DNA of 64,000 bases from Ignavibacteriota bacterium (GCA_963837815.1 CAWIOS010000012.1:783005-847004), one strand, 5' to 3'; counted from the stretch's first letter, positions 1-10,814 are shown. Notes: a model not told the origin generated them from the sequence alone. Translations and numbers: made by a program.

Positions 1-413
1 ACCGCCGTGATGTAATCCGCGTCGATTCCTGCCACAATGGGCGGGGGCGGCTCGGTGACGCTCCTGGGGATCCGGAGGACCTCGCTCACCGCGTCAACGA
101 CAAAACCCACGATCTTCCCGTTGAGCTCCACGACGACAATGCGTGTGTTCTTGTCGCTTTCTTTCCGCTCCATGCCGAAACGCCTTCGCAACGCGATGAT
201 CGGTATCACCTTCCCCCGAAGGTTGATGACGCCGTCCACGAATTCCGGAGCATTCGGCACGCGCGTCACTTCCAGCATGCGGTTGATCTCCTGCACCTTC
301 AGGATATCGACGCCGAATTCTTCATCGCCGATCTTGAAGCTCACAAGCTGCAGAAGTTCGTCGCTCCCCGCTGCCGCACGCGAACTTCCTTTGATATCGA
401 CTGTCTCATTCAT
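1..413 (-). CDS. cheW: CheW chemotaxis coupling protein (C-terminally truncated by window edge)
   Basis: Manual minus-strand translation from ATG at 413 gives MNETVDIKG...EFGVDILKVQEINRMLEVTRVPNAPEFVDGVINLRGKVIPIIALRRRFG...IVVVELNGKIVGFVVDAVSEV, a canonical CheW-domain sequence. Runs off the 5' edge, so it is absent from the ORF track. Lies directly downstream of the MCP on the same strand. Confidence 0.8.
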   Translation of the reverse strand, partial: MNETVDIKGSSRAAAGSDELLQLVSFKIGDEEFGVDILKVQEINRMLEVTRVPNAPEFVDGVINLRGKVIPIIALRRRFGMERKESDKNTRIVVVELNGKIVGFVVDAVSEVLRIPRSVTEPPPPIVAGIDADYITA

Positions 414-442
414 TGGTCTTAGTCCCAATTAAGGATCGTGAT

Positions 443-2212
443 CTACTCGTGCGGAACGATTGCCCCGTTCTCGCGTACCGCCAGGTTCGATTTCGGCACA
501 TTCGCAGAAGCCTTCCTTCCGCCTTGCTTCCCGCCGGCAGCGAGGGGTGTGCCGGATGCTCCATGAGCCGACCCGTGTCCGTCGACTTTGAATTTTCCCA
601 GAATCTGCTGCAGGTTTTCCGTCAGGCGGTTCAGGTCCTCCGCCGCGCGGGCGATCTGCTGGGTCCCCTGTGCCGTTTCCCCGGTCACCGTGCTTATCGC
701 CTCGACGTTCTTGCTTATCTGTTCGCTTGCGCTCGACTGCTCTTCGCTGGCGGCGGCAATCTGGGATACCATGTCCGTCAGGTTCTGGATCATCGCCACG
801 ATCTCCTTCAGGGACGCGCCCGCCCTGTCGGCCAGCTTGATCCCGTGGTCTACCTCCTGCGTCCCCTCCTGCATCGACGCCACGGCCCCGGTCGTGTCGC
901 CCTGTATCGTCTTGATCATTCCGGCAATCTCCTTCGTCGCCTTGGTCGTGCGTTCCGCGAGCTTTCTTACTTCATCGGCCACCACGGCAAACCCGCGCCC
1001 CTGTTCCCCCGCGCGTGCCGCTTCGATTGCGGCATTAAGCGCCAGCAGGTTCGTCTGGTCCGCGATATCGTCGATCACCCCGATGATTTCGCCGATCTGA
1101 TCGCTCGATTTGCCGAGCGCTTTCACGGTTTCCGCCGACCTGTTGACAACCTCGGCGATCCGCTTCATCCCGGCGACGGTCTCTTCCACAACGGCACCGC
1201 CCTGCTCCGCCGCTTCCTTCGCCTTCTTCGCCGTTTCGGCCGTATTCCCTGCATTCTTGGAGTTCTCGACGATCGTCTTCGTCATCTCCTCGACTGCCGA
1301 AGCCACCTCGCCGGCCTGGGAGGTCTGTTCCTGCGAACCCGCGGCCATTTGCTCGGTGCTGGAGGATATTTCCGTGCTTGCGCTTGCCACCGCAGACGAT
1401 GCCTCACCCACCTGACCGATCGTCTCCCGCAAATTCTCCACCATCTGCCTGAACGCCCCGGCAAGCTGCCCTATTTCGTCCGCGGAATGCGCCTCCACAT
1501 CCACCGTCAGATCGCCCGTCGCCACCGCCTGCGCCTTTCCTGCAAGCTCCCCGACCGGCTTGCTTATCACCTGTGCGATGAAGAAACCAAGCGCGATGGC
1601 CGCCAGAACCGACAGCGCCAGCACGATGAGCATGATTCGCTGCGCGCTTTCCGCGAGCGAAGTGTTTTCCCCGGAAGTCTTCTTTGCCGCTTCGACGTTC
1701 AACTGAACGAGCCTGTCAATCGCGGCCTGCTGCGCTTTCGCGGCGGCAATGGCCGCATCGCTGCGAAGCACAACGACCGATTCGGCGTGCTTATTCGCAA
1801 GCGCGAGCTCGACGATCTGGTTCTGGAACGGGAGGAACGCCTCATGAGATTTGACAAAGTCCTTGAAGGCATCCTTGATCTCCTGGGAGATTATTGCTTT
1901 TTCGAATTCCGTGTTGGCTTTTTCCATTTTCTGTTCGAAATCCTTGAGCGCGGCGGAGTATTTTTCCTGTTCGGCCGGGTTCCGGGCAAGTATGGCATCG
2001 CGGTAGCTGACGCGAACCTGCTGGAAATCCGTCGCCATCGATGTGAGCGTGGCGATCGGCAGTGTCATATTCTCGTACAGTCTGGTGTCGGCTGCGCTGA
2101 CATCCTTCAGGTCTGTTATCCCGATGTATCCGACCAGTGCCGCAAGGCATGCCACCAGGATGAAGCTCACGAGGAGCTTCACGCGCACCTTCAGATCAAA
2201 GAACCATTTCAT
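443..2212 (-). CDS. Methyl-accepting chemotaxis protein (N-terminal sensor with 2 TM, HAMP, MCP signalling domain)
   Basis: ORF 443..2332; likely true start [11 protein letters not shown] at 2212 (GGAGGA RBS about 12 nt upstream on minus strand). Highly conserved MCP signalling-domain signature in C-terminal half ([48 protein letters not shown]); HAMP-like region after second TM ([21 protein letters not shown]). Confidence 0.85.
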   Translation of the reverse strand: MKWFFDLKVRVKLLVSFILVACLAALVGYIGITDLKDVSAADTRLYENMTLPIATLTSMATDFQQVRVSYRDAILARNPAEQEKYSAALKDFEQKMEKANTEFEKAIISQEIKDAFKDFVKSHEAFLPFQNQIVELALANKHAESVVVLRSDAAIAAAKAQQAAIDRLVQLNVEAAKKTSGENTSLAESAQRIMLIVLALSVLAAIALGFFIAQVISKPVGELAGKAQAVATGDLTVDVEAHSADEIGQLAGAFRQMVENLRETIGQVGEASSAVASASTEISSSTEQMAAGSQEQTSQAGEVASAVEEMTKTIVENSKNAGNTAETAKKAKEAAEQGGAVVEETVAGMKRIAEVVNRSAETVKALGKSSDQIGEIIGVIDDIADQTNLLALNAAIEAARAGEQGRGFAVVADEVRKLAERTTKATKEIAGMIKTIQGDTTGAVASMQEGTQEVDHGIKLADRAGASLKEIVAMIQNLTDMVSQIAAASEEQSSASEQISKNVEAISTVTGETAQGTQQIARAAEDLNRLTENLQQILGKFKVDGHGSAHGASGTPLAAGGKQGGRKASANVPKSNLAVRENGAIVPHE

Positions 2213-2627
2213 GACGCTCATCCTCCAGGTTATCCGATTGTGATGAGACCCGACACTTCGTCCTGATATACCTATTACGACGGAAGCGGGCCGTGAAGCC
2301 TTTGTGTGCGAGACAAGAGGCGCAAAGTCCATGCCACAACGTTTGGCTGTTTATGCACTTCGTTGCGAACGGAAGGAAGTCTCCGGTGTCCATGGTTGGC
2401 CACGTGGTCGGGATTCTCACGCGCCGGCCGTCCGCGCGACACCTCCCGCCAGTGGCAATGGTACAGAGATTCACTCCGTCCGCCCGGATTATGAAGAGAA
2501 TTCCGTCGCGGGAAGGGTTGGCACAGCAATTGTCATTCATCAACCACCTTCCATCCGACATGCCGGAAGGAGGATGTCAGGCTGTCACGGAAGCAACAGT
2601 GTAATCGCACCCCAGGAGGAACATCAG

Positions 2628-4937
2628 GTGATTACAGCTCGAAAGCATATGCGGCTCATGCACGCAATCGTGCTCTTCACCTTCACTTCTATGCTCGTTA
2701 CGGTGACGCTCCCTGCGAGCGCTCCGGCACAGGAACTCTCGGCGAGAGAAAAACTGCTGAAGCTCCTGGATGAATCCGGCACGGCGAAAACGAACGGACG
2801 AACGGCAACGGGCGCCACGGCAAAACCTGCGAGGAGCCCTGAGAAGAGTCCGGCCCCGCACCGTTCCACGCCTGCAACGCCGCAGGCGTTGACTGCAACG
2901 CCGCAGGCGTTTACTGCAACGCCGCAGGCGGTGACTGCAACGCCGCAGGCGGTGACTGCAACGCCGCAGGCGGTGACTGCAACGCCGCAGGCGGTGACTG
3001 CAACGCCGCAGGCGTTGACTGCAACGCCACAGGCGGTGCCCGCGACGCAGCAGGCGGCGCACGCCGCAATCGTGACTTCCGGACCCGCGGTCGAGATTGC
3101 GCAACAGCCGCAGGCAGCCGCGGCACCCTCCCCCGCACAGGAACAGGGCCACGGCTCTTTCCCGATGACCGCCGTGATTGCCGCTGCCGCACTGGGGGGA
3201 GTTGCGGCTCTTGCAATCGGCATCCGGAAGAAGAAGATACGCTCGTACAGGCACTGGAGTCTGTCCGCAAAGGTGTGTTTTGTGTCCGTTGCCGCCGTGA
3301 TACCTCTGCTCCTTGTCGTGCTCGTGTACATACTTCCGACAATCCGGGAGCGCCTGTATGCGGAAAAAATCCAGGCGACAAAACAGGTCGTCGACCTCGC
3401 GTATGCGGTCCTTGCCGATTCCAGGGCGCAGGCGGACCGGGGCATTCTCACCGACGCAGCGGCACGCGCGCAGGCAGTCGAAAACCTCAGGAGGCTCCGA
3501 TACAACAAGGAGGACTACTTCTGGATCAACGACCTCACGCCGACCATGATCATGCACCCGTTCAAACCCGAAATGAACGGCAAGAATCTGAACGACTACA
3601 AGGATCCCAACGGGAAGCGGTTTTTCGTCGATATGGCAAAGGTGTGCGAGGCGCAGGGTGAGGGGGCAGTGGACTACATGTGGCCCAAGCCCGGGTTCGA
3701 CCGGCCCGTTCCCAAGATCTCCTACGTAAAGCTCTTCACGCCCTGGGGCTGGATCGTCGGCAGCGGCATATACGTCGAAGACGTGGAAGCCCAGATCGAC
3801 TCGCTCCGGATGGGCATACTGGCGGGCGCCCTTGGCGCGCTCGCCCTGTCGACACTTCTCGGGCTCGTGGTAGGACGGTTCATCAGGAAGCCCTTGCTCG
3901 ATGTGGCCACCCAGATGGCCAACGCTGACCTAAACACGGAATTCCGATCCGATCTCGACAATGAGATAGGCGACCTGCTGCGCGCATTTGACAAGTTTGT
4001 CCACTCGATACGACACGCCCTCCTGCAGGTGAGGGAAGCCTCCTTCGCCCTGGCAAGCGCAAGTGCGGAAATCAGCAGCAGCACCGAAGAAATGGCGGCG
4101 GGCGCACAGGAGCAGAGTTCGCAGGCAACCGAGGTGGCAGGTTCGGTGGAGGAGATGACAAAGACAATACTTGAGAACTCGCGGAATGCGGCCGGGACTG
4201 CCGAGATCGCGAAGCACGCGCGGCAGGCCGCCGAGGAGGGAGGGCGACTCGTGCAGGAGACCGTGGAAGGAATGAAGGGGATCGCGGAAGTCGTCAACGC
4301 CAGCGCGGGAATCGTCAGGGAACTCGGGAAATCGAGCGGCCAGATCGGCACGATCGTCACCGTGATTGACGAAATCGCAGACCAGACAAATCTCCTTGCC
4401 CTGAACGCCGCCATCGAAGCGGCCCGGGCAGGCGATCAGGGACGCGGATTCGCCGTTGTCGCGGACGAGGTGCGCAAGCTGGCTGAACGGACAACAAATG
4501 CCACAAAGGAAATTGCCGGGATGATCAAGAGGATTCAGTCGGATACCTCGGAGGCGGTGAAGTCCATGGGCGACGGCGCGGAGCGGGTCACCAGGGGGTC
4601 CGATCTGGCTGACCGGGCGGGCTTATCGCTTCGCGACATCGTGCAGACATCCCAGAAAGTCACGGACATGGTGGCACAGATCGCGGCGGCAAACGAGGAG
4701 CAGTCGGCCGCAAGTGAACAGATCTCAAAGAACGTCGAGACGATAACCATGGTCACCGGCCAGACCGCCGAGGGAACGACACAGATCGCAAAGGCGGCCG
4801 AAGACCTCAACCGGCTGACGGAAAACCTCCGCTCGCTTGTAGGGACGTTCGCACTCGACGACTCCCCCGCTCCGGCCCAGCAGCAACGCACCGGATCCCG
4901 GAAGCACGAACAGGAGCTCGCAGAACATGAAGCATGA
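2628..4937 (+). CDS. Methyl-accepting chemotaxis protein with signal peptide, TPQAxTA low-complexity repeat, periplasmic Cache-like sensor, HAMP and MCP domain
   Basis: ORF 2304..4937. Probable start GTG 2628 (AGGAGGA RBS 2613-2619) or ATG 2649 ([25 protein letters not shown] signal-like). Cache-like motif [45 protein letters not shown]...YMWPKPG; MCP signature [43 protein letters not shown]. Divergent from the upstream MCP. Confidence 0.8.
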   Translation: MITARKHMRLMHAIVLFTFTSMLVTVTLPASAPAQELSAREKLLKLLDESGTAKTNGRTATGATAKPARSPEKSPAPHRSTPATPQALTATPQAFTATPQAVTATPQAVTATPQAVTATPQAVTATPQALTATPQAVPATQQAAHAAIVTSGPAVEIAQQPQAAAAPSPAQEQGHGSFPMTAVIAAAALGGVAALAIGIRKKKIRSYRHWSLSAKVCFVSVAAVIPLLLVVLVYILPTIRERLYAEKIQATKQVVDLAYAVLADSRAQADRGILTDAAARAQAVENLRRLRYNKEDYFWINDLTPTMIMHPFKPEMNGKNLNDYKDPNGKRFFVDMAKVCEAQGEGAVDYMWPKPGFDRPVPKISYVKLFTPWGWIVGSGIYVEDVEAQIDSLRMGILAGALGALALSTLLGLVVGRFIRKPLLDVATQMANADLNTEFRSDLDNEIGDLLRAFDKFVHSIRHALLQVREASFALASASAEISSSTEEMAAGAQEQSSQATEVAGSVEEMTKTILENSRNAAGTAEIAKHARQAAEEGGRLVQETVEGMKGIAEVVNASAGIVRELGKSSGQIGTIVTVIDEIADQTNLLALNAAIEAARAGDQGRGFAVVADEVRKLAERTTNATKEIAGMIKRIQSDTSEAVKSMGDGAERVTRGSDLADRAGLSLRDIVQTSQKVTDMVAQIAAANEEQSAASEQISKNVETITMVTGQTAEGTTQIAKAAEDLNRLTENLRSLVGTFALDDSPAPAQQQRTGSRKHEQELAEHEA
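2871..3045 (+). repeat. Tandem 21-bp direct repeat (about 8 copies of actgcaacgccgcaggcggtg) encoding (TPQA[VLF]TA)n inside the MCP gene
   Basis: Directly visible in sequence 2871-3045; in-frame, translating to [26 protein letters not shown]...; minor unit variants (ttg/ttt/gtg at one codon). Confidence 0.85.
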
Positions 4938-4974
4938 TACCGACCCCACTCATACACTATCGCAGCGAGCGGAA

Positions 4975-6384
4975 ATGAAAACAATTGCGGTGTGGAGTTT
5001 TGCCCTCCTCGTGGCAGTCTGCCAGGCGTCCTACGCGCAGGACCTGCGCAAAGTCATCGACATCGTCGGACAGCTTGAGGATTCCCTGCGGGCCAAAATC
5101 AAGGACGAGACAAGGGAGAGGAACGGTGACGTGGCCGCCCTCCGCGCGGAGGTGACGGAACTGAGGAGGCAGCTTGAACACGCGCGGGAGGATCAGGCCC
5201 GCCACACAAAGGACACCGTTGTGCTCCAGCAGGTGGCAATGCCGCCGGCTCCGGCCGCGGTAATTCCCGACGGCTTTCCCACGCTCAAAGTCGGCGCGCT
5301 GGCCCAGGTCCAGGCATTCGGATCGTCGGAACAGACCACAGCGGCGGAGGACGCAGATCCGAACTACCACTCTCACTGGCAGCGGCAACTCGATGTTCGC
5401 AGAATGAGGGTACTTGTCGGCGGGAATGTCTCCAAGGCCACGTCGGTCTTCTTCGAATCGGACGCGCCCAACATCGGGAAAGTCTCCGCCAATGGAACCA
5501 AACTCTCCGGCGTCTCAATGTACGTGCAGGACGCTTACGTGCAGCATGTGTTCTGCCCCGAGGCCGGACTCGTGGCCGGTTTGCAGCTCGTCGGGATCAC
5601 ACGGAACAGCCTGCAGAGCGCCGCGTCACTCATGGCACTGAACTATGGCACATACTCCTTTGTGCAGACGGGACCGCTTGACAATTCCGTCGGGCGCGAC
5701 GTGGGATTTAATGCACGCGGGTTCCTGCTGGACGAGCGGCTGGAATACCGCGCGGGCGCCTTCTCCGGGAAAAATCTCAACATGTATTCCCCCCTGCGAT
5801 ACACGTTCCGGCTCAACTATGACTTTCTCGACAGGGAGAAGGGATTCTTCTACACCGGAACGACGCTCGGGAAAGGCCAGATTCTCGCGGTGGGGGGAGG
5901 AGCTGATCTCCAGGGGTCATACGGGGGGTATGCCATCGATGCAATGGCGGATTTGCCCCTCTTCGAGGCTGGTTCAGCGACCGTTTCCGCATCGTTCAGC
6001 CACCTGGACGGCGGCGGGTCGGCCACGGATTCCACGTTCTTCACCGGGCAGATCCCCCGGCAGAACATACTCTTTGCGGAGGCGGGATATTTTCTCGGGC
6101 AATGGGGGTTGCAACCTTACGTGAAATACGAAGCGGAGATCGTGGACGCACAGGTGTGGAAACAGGTCGGCGCCACCTCGCCCGCATCGCTCGACCTTCA
6201 GAACAAACTACGCACCGGACGCCGCTACGGCGGCGGGCTGAATTACTATCTCAACGGACACGGGGCGAACTTCAAGCTGCTCTATGAGCACGTGCTGCGC
6301 AACAGGCTCACGCTGGACAAGACGAGCTGGGAATCAGCCGGATCAAACGAGATTTCATTTCAAGTGCAATACTATGTCTACTGA
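4975..6384 (+). CDS. Outer-membrane beta-barrel protein, porin-like (possibly phosphate-selective porin O/P family) with N-terminal coiled-coil
   Basis: ORF 4927..6384; likely start MKTIAVWSFALLVAVCQASYAQ (signal peptide) at 4975. N-terminal coiled-coil (DLRKVIDIVGQLEDSLRAKIKDE...). Alternating amphipathic beta-strand pattern; C-terminus ends in aromatic residues (QVQYYVY) typical of OM barrels. Family assignment from memory only. Confidence 0.5.
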   Translation: MKTIAVWSFALLVAVCQASYAQDLRKVIDIVGQLEDSLRAKIKDETRERNGDVAALRAEVTELRRQLEHAREDQARHTKDTVVLQQVAMPPAPAAVIPDGFPTLKVGALAQVQAFGSSEQTTAAEDADPNYHSHWQRQLDVRRMRVLVGGNVSKATSVFFESDAPNIGKVSANGTKLSGVSMYVQDAYVQHVFCPEAGLVAGLQLVGITRNSLQSAASLMALNYGTYSFVQTGPLDNSVGRDVGFNARGFLLDERLEYRAGAFSGKNLNMYSPLRYTFRLNYDFLDREKGFFYTGTTLGKGQILAVGGGADLQGSYGGYAIDAMADLPLFEAGSATVSASFSHLDGGGSATDSTFFTGQIPRQNILFAEAGYFLGQWGLQPYVKYEAEIVDAQVWKQVGATSPASLDLQNKLRTGRRYGGGLNYYLNGHGANFKLLYEHVLRNRLTLDKTSWESAGSNEISFQVQYYVY

Positions 6385-6472
6385 TGGCGCGGCGGACGCC
6401 ACACTTGTTCTTATGCACTGAGCACGTTCCGGGGGACGGATCAGATACTCCGGCGAGGTCTGGAGGAAGGGC

Positions 6473-6832
6473 ATGAGAAAAACAAACTGCTGGGAATATT
6501 TGAATTGCGGGAGGGGACCCGGAGCGAATGCGGGCCAGCCCTGGGGACCATGCCCCGCAGCATCCGAGAGGCGGGCACACGGTGTGAACGGCGGACGGAA
6601 CGGCGGGAGGGCCTGCTGGGCGCTCGCGGGATCGTTTTCCGGACGGGGTGTATGCGGGACACTTGCCGCGAAGATCTCAGATTGCATGGATTGCAGTTTC
6701 TTCGGGCTCGTCGGGTCAGAGGAGGGGAGCGACTATATGGGGGCGAAAGCAATATTCGCGCGGATCCATATGCATCATCCCTCGCATGCCCGCAGCACGC
6801 GGCCGCACCTGATTCACAGGATCGCCCGTTGA
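6473..6832 (+). CDS. Small Cys/Trp-rich protein resembling the 'two-CW domain' family
   Basis: ATG 6473 preceded by GGAGGA (6461-6466). N-terminus MRKTNCWEYLNCGRGPGANAGQPWGPCPAASERRAHGVNGGRNGGRACWALAGSF...CGTLAAKISDCMDCSFF shows two C-W pairs and a paired-Cys pattern recalled for two-CW domain proteins of anaerobes. C-terminal His-rich tail. Lies in an otherwise 460-bp gap between convergent genes. Confidence 0.5.
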   Translation: MRKTNCWEYLNCGRGPGANAGQPWGPCPAASERRAHGVNGGRNGGRACWALAGSFSGRGVCGTLAAKISDCMDCSFFGLVGSEEGSDYMGAKAIFARIHMHHPSHARSTRPHLIHRIAR

Positions 6833-6842
6833 CTCCCCGGCT

Positions 6843-7937
6843 TTACCTGAAGAGCCAGAGGAAATTGCCGTATCCCTCCTTCTGCATCTCGTCGGAGGGA
6901 ATGAATCTCATGGACGCGGAATTCATGCAGTAGCGAAGCCGGGTGGGAGGTGGACCGTCATAGAACACGTGCCCGAGGTGGGAATCGCCGTACCGGCTCC
7001 TGACCTCCACCCTCGTTTCCTCAAGCGATCTGTCGATCTTCTTCACAAGCATCCGCGGATCGATCGGTTTCGTGAAGCTCGGCCAGCCCGTCCCCGAATC
7101 GAACTTGTCCGTTGAGCTGAAGAGCGGCTCCCCCGAAACGACGTCGACATAGATGCCGGTTCTCCTGTTATCGTCGTACTCATTCTCGAACGGCTTCTCC
7201 GTCCCCTCATGCTGTGTCACCAGGTACTGCACCGGAGTGAGCCGTTTCCGCAACTCGTCGTCCGGCGGCTTCGTGAAATCCGTCCAGGCGATCTTCCCCC
7301 AGGTCTTCGCGATATAGGCGTCCCTCCCGGAGCCGGTCCTGTACGAATGGTAGCGGTCCGCACTCGTCTTGCAGTAATGCTGGTGGTAGTCTTCCGCGGG
7401 ATAGAACGACTCGAATGGAACGATCTTCGTGACGATGGGTCCGGCGAACAGGCCGGAGCGGCCAAGGAGCTCTTTTGTCGCCCCGGCAATCGCCCGCTGC
7501 GTCCCGTCGTGATAGAATATCGCCGAGACGTACTGCGATCCCCTGTCGTAGAATGATCCGCCGGCGTCTGTCGGGTCGAACTCCCTCCAGTAAACGTCCA
7601 GTATCTCCGCATACGAAATCACCTGCGGGTCGAACGTGACCTGCACGGTCTCAACGTGACCCGTCGAACCGGTGGAGACCTGCTCGTACGTCGGATTCCT
7701 GACGCTCCCCCCCGCATACCCGGAGACCACTTTCCGCACGCCGTCGAGATCCTCAAACGGCGCATCGATGCACCAGAAGCATCCGCCGGCAAACGTCGCG
7801 GTCTCGAGCCCGGCATCGGGCGCGACCGCGGCCCCGCCCCCGAGGGCGGTGCGCCCGTCTCCCTGCGTCCCCGCATCGCCGCTTCTGACGCACCCGGAGA
7901 AGGAGAGAAGCACACACAAAGACACAATCCTGATCAT
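6843..7937 (-). CDS. msrAB: Bifunctional peptide-methionine sulfoxide reductase MsrA-MsrB, lipoprotein
   Basis: ORF 6843..8000; start [16 protein letters not shown] (lipobox) at 7937 with AGGAGG RBS. MsrA active-site motif GGCFWC; MsrB motifs ([17 protein letters not shown]). Confidence 0.9.
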   Translation of the reverse strand: MIRIVSLCVLLSFSGCVRSGDAGTQGDGRTALGGGAAVAPDAGLETATFAGGCFWCIDAPFEDLDGVRKVVSGYAGGSVRNPTYEQVSTGSTGHVETVQVTFDPQVISYAEILDVYWREFDPTDAGGSFYDRGSQYVSAIFYHDGTQRAIAGATKELLGRSGLFAGPIVTKIVPFESFYPAEDYHQHYCKTSADRYHSYRTGSGRDAYIAKTWGKIAWTDFTKPPDDELRKRLTPVQYLVTQHEGTEKPFENEYDDNRRTGIYVDVVSGEPLFSSTDKFDSGTGWPSFTKPIDPRMLVKKIDRSLEETRVEVRSRYGDSHLGHVFYDGPPPTRLRYCMNSASMRFIPSDEMQKEGYGNFLWLFR

Positions 7938-8165
7938 GAAAACCTCCTGTCGGGAGATATCGGGATTTCCGCCGCGGCGGACCGGAACGCCCCACTGCAT
8001 ATGAAACGTCCCGCACGAGCGCGGAGGTTCCCCGCCGGGGCGATACAGGCAGAATTCCTGGGGGGCGCGGGGGATCGCGGGGACTCCGCGGGATTTGTCA
8101 TCTCCCGTTCTGGCAACACGCGCCGGATTTCGTTATGTTGGGCGGTCGACGTGAAAGGAACAGCC

Positions 8166-8678
8166 ATGAATACACTGCTGAGAGATCTCTATTCGCACCA
8201 GGCGTGGGCGGATGCGCTGCTCTGGAAAGGTCTGGAGGCGTTCCCGCCCGCACTCAAGGACACCGCGATACGCAACCGCCAGCATCACTATCATCTTACA
8301 CAGACCGCGTTCCTCTGGGTGGCCAGGGGATCGGGGGAGCCATTCAAAAGGACGAAGCCCGAGGATTACAGGACGGACGCCGAGCTCAAGGCGCTCGGAC
8401 GCGAAGTCAATGAAGCGTTCCGTGAATTCCTGCACGGTGTGACGGAATCGAGGATGCAGGAGGTCGTGGATATCCCCTGGGGACCGCCCAAGCCGCGGTC
8501 TTCCCTCACGCTGGAACTGGCCCTCACGCAGGGAGCGATGCACAGCCACCACCACAGGGCTCAGAATATCGCGAAGCTGCGTGAGCTGGGAGGGTCTCCC
8601 CTGCCGGAGGATTTCATATTCTGGCTCTGGAAAGGGAAGCCGGAACCGGACTGGGGAGAGGCGGGCATTCAGATGTAG
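8166..8678 (+). CDS. DinB/YfiT-like metal-dependent hydrolase family protein
   Basis: Start MNTLLRDLYSHQAWADALLW at 8166 (AAGGAA RBS). His-rich motifs (RQHHYH, MHSHHHRAQN) typical of the DinB_2/YfiT four-helix-bundle family. About 170 aa. Confidence 0.65.
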   Translation: MNTLLRDLYSHQAWADALLWKGLEAFPPALKDTAIRNRQHHYHLTQTAFLWVARGSGEPFKRTKPEDYRTDAELKALGREVNEAFREFLHGVTESRMQEVVDIPWGPPKPRSSLTLELALTQGAMHSHHHRAQNIAKLRELGGSPLPEDFIFWLWKGKPEPDWGEAGIQM

Positions 8679-10330
8679 AACCGCTCCGACGGCCAGAGGG
8701 CCTGGAACGTCGTGTTCATCCCCCTGCAGAGGAACAACAGGCGCCCGTTTTCGTACGGCATCGCATAACGGCACTCCGTGGTTCCCGCAAGCTCCACGCT
8801 CCTGTAACGCCGGTTCAGGTCGTTCAGGTTATCCTGAAGAAGCCTGTCGTGCCCGACGATGATGGCGATGTTTCCCGTCCGCTCACCCGGTCCCCACATC
8901 CAGTAGCTGTTGTGGGCGCAGAGCGCGGGGGGGAGCCCGTACTTCTTCCCGAAGAAATCCAGCGCCCCCGCCTCCCCGTAGTTGCGGACGAATATGACGC
9001 ACTGTTTCTGTTCCTCCGGAGAGAGCGTCCCGTAGATCTTCGCCACCCCGGCGGCAAACTCCTCCCATCCGAACTGATCCGCGTAATACTGCGGGAGCTC
9101 GCCCACCGAGCTCACTTCTTCTGATTTCGGCGCCCTGCCGAGCGCTTTCTCGTACGCGACGAACTTCTCCACCGGAAGGACCGGAAGCATGAACGGGAGA
9201 CCCACGGCAAGCAGGGCGACAATCAGCGCCGGGTAGACGACGCCGAGCGCACGCCAGACCCGGACGGCGGCACGCTCACGGAGGATCTTTTCCAGGAACA
9301 CCGCCCCCCCCGCAAGAAGCACGGGGTACGAGGCCGACATGTAGTACACCTTCCCGTTCCCCGCGATGATAATGCAGAAGAGGACGACGTACATCCACCC
9401 GAGAGCACGGAAGGGCTTCCCCCCCGGGTGGAAGAAAAAGAAGACGAGGCCGAGGATCCAGAGCGGCCCGTTCATGTAATTCATGCCATCGAACTGGCCC
9501 AGTATGAACTCTCCCAGGCCTATCTTCGCGTTCTTGATCTGGCTCGCGTTGTGCATGAACTCGAGCGAGGGGAATCCTTTCTGTATTTCCCAGACGACAT
9601 GCGGAAGGAAGATAAGGGCCGCGACGAGTACCCCCCCCCAGAATCTCGCCGTCGCCAGGTGCCTCCGGCCGGAGCTGAGAAGAAGTCCCGCGGCGATTCC
9701 CGCGCACATGAAGCCGATCGAGTACTTGTTGAGCAGACCAAGCCCCGCGACCGCGCCAAATGCCAGCCAGAGGTTCGGTGAGTCACCCGCAAGCACCCGG
9801 ACGCAGATGTAAAGTGAGGCCGTCCAGAGGAATACGTCGAGAGGGTTCATCGAATACGACCGCCCGCTCCCCAGGAGCATCCCGGCGGCTACAACCGAAA
9901 GAGATGACAGCCAGAGGGCAAACTTCCCGCCGCCGAGCCTCCGGGCCATCAGGGCCGTCAGGACCGAGGTGCCGCTTATCGCGAGCGCCGCGGGCACCCG
10001 GATGGCGTGGAGCGAGTCTCCGAAAAGCCATCGCCACGCGGCGAGGAATGCGATGGAAAGGGGAGGCTGATCGACGTATCCCCATGCAAGATGATCGGCA
10101 CACGCAAGGTAATAGAGCTCGTCCCTGAAGTAGCCGTAGGCCCCGTGAAAAGCCACCATGAGAAGGAATGCCGCGCAGGCAATCACAAGGGGGATCTTCA
10201 AATCCCCCGGCGCGGCTCCGGGGACAGGCGGGGAATCAATGCGGAAATCCATAAGACCTGGTACGTAACACGAGGGAAGGAGTTGCAGAGCCGGCAGCGG
10301 GAGAGGGGGCAAAGGCCGGGCTGCGGACAT
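8669..10330 (-). CDS. Integral-membrane glycosyltransferase, GT39/GT83 (PMT/ArnT-like) family
   Basis: 553-aa polytopic membrane protein with the conserved FRDELYY motif in the first periplasmic loop (DE motif of PMT/ArnT-type GT-C transferases); long soluble C-terminal domain. Alternative start at 10252 (MDFRIDSPP). 3' end overlaps the DinB-like gene convergently by 10 nt. Confidence 0.6.
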   Translation of the reverse strand: MSAARPLPPLPLPALQLLPSCYVPGLMDFRIDSPPVPGAAPGDLKIPLVIACAAFLLMVAFHGAYGYFRDELYYLACADHLAWGYVDQPPLSIAFLAAWRWLFGDSLHAIRVPAALAISGTSVLTALMARRLGGGKFALWLSSLSVVAAGMLLGSGRSYSMNPLDVFLWTASLYICVRVLAGDSPNLWLAFGAVAGLGLLNKYSIGFMCAGIAAGLLLSSGRRHLATARFWGGVLVAALIFLPHVVWEIQKGFPSLEFMHNASQIKNAKIGLGEFILGQFDGMNYMNGPLWILGLVFFFFHPGGKPFRALGWMYVVLFCIIIAGNGKVYYMSASYPVLLAGGAVFLEKILRERAAVRVWRALGVVYPALIVALLAVGLPFMLPVLPVEKFVAYEKALGRAPKSEEVSSVGELPQYYADQFGWEEFAAGVAKIYGTLSPEEQKQCVIFVRNYGEAGALDFFGKKYGLPPALCAHNSYWMWGPGERTGNIAIIVGHDRLLQDNLNDLNRRYRSVELAGTTECRYAMPYENGRLLFLCRGMNTTFQALWPSERFYI

Positions 10331-10382
10331 TCCGGCAAAGCTGCCTTTTCAGGCGAAACCGTGGGACTGGCCGAATTCGCGC

Positions 10383-10814
10383 TCAGACCCCGTGCTGCGG
10401 GACTGCTGACCAGTCCGCAGCGCCGAACGTGTCCTGTCCCGTTCTGAGAAGGAGGGCGAATTTCTTCACCGTTTCCACCGAGAGGAGGTAGTTTATTTCC
10501 GGCGCCTCCCAGGCATAGATGACCTTCGACACGAGCGAGCCGGTCGGCGTCCTCGGGTCCCAGGAAAACCGCTCGGACCTTACGAGCACCGTTGCGATGT
10601 CCTCGAGATGGCACGGCTTCACTTCCCTGAGGATCACCGCGTCACACAGCGCGGCGAGGTGGTCCGCGGTCACCACGAAGGCGGTGGAACGATCGTCCGC
10701 CAGCACAACGTCCGCCGCATCCCGCACGTCATTGTGCATCGTTTCGGCCTCTGCCGCCAGTACGGACGCTTTGATGCGTCCCTCAAAGAATCCTTTGATT
10801 GTCTCTGCGTTCAT
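10383..10814 (-). CDS. Hypothetical protein
   Basis: 143-aa ORF with coding-like composition, co-directional with neighbours; no family recognised. Confidence 0.35.
   Translation of the reverse strand: MNAETIKGFFEGRIKASVLAAEAETMHNDVRDAADVVLADDRSTAFVVTADHLAALCDAVILREVKPCHLEDIATVLVRSERFSWDPRTPTGSLVSKVIYAWEAPEINYLLSVETVKKFALLLRTGQDTFGAADWSAVPQHGV

Noticed and set aside
413-2266. 617-aa plus-strand ORF rich in Arg/Leu/Gly
   Set aside because: Antisense shadow of the minus-strand MCP gene, which has unambiguous MCP signatures; typical spurious long ORF of high-GC DNA.
2304-2627. N-terminal 108-codon extension of the second MCP ORF
   Set aside because: Extension has no RBS and unusual composition; a GTG/ATG with AGGAGGA RBS and a signal-peptide-like sequence occurs at 2628/2649.
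3722-4414. 230-aa minus-strand ORF inside the second MCP gene
   Set aside because: Antisense to the conserved MCP signalling domain; low-complexity Ala/Ser/Arg composition.
7656-8165. 5' extension of the DinB-like ORF (340-aa version)
   Set aside because: Extension overlaps msrAB on the opposite strand and is Arg/Pro-rich; internal ATG at 8166 has an RBS and gives the normal DinB-family length.
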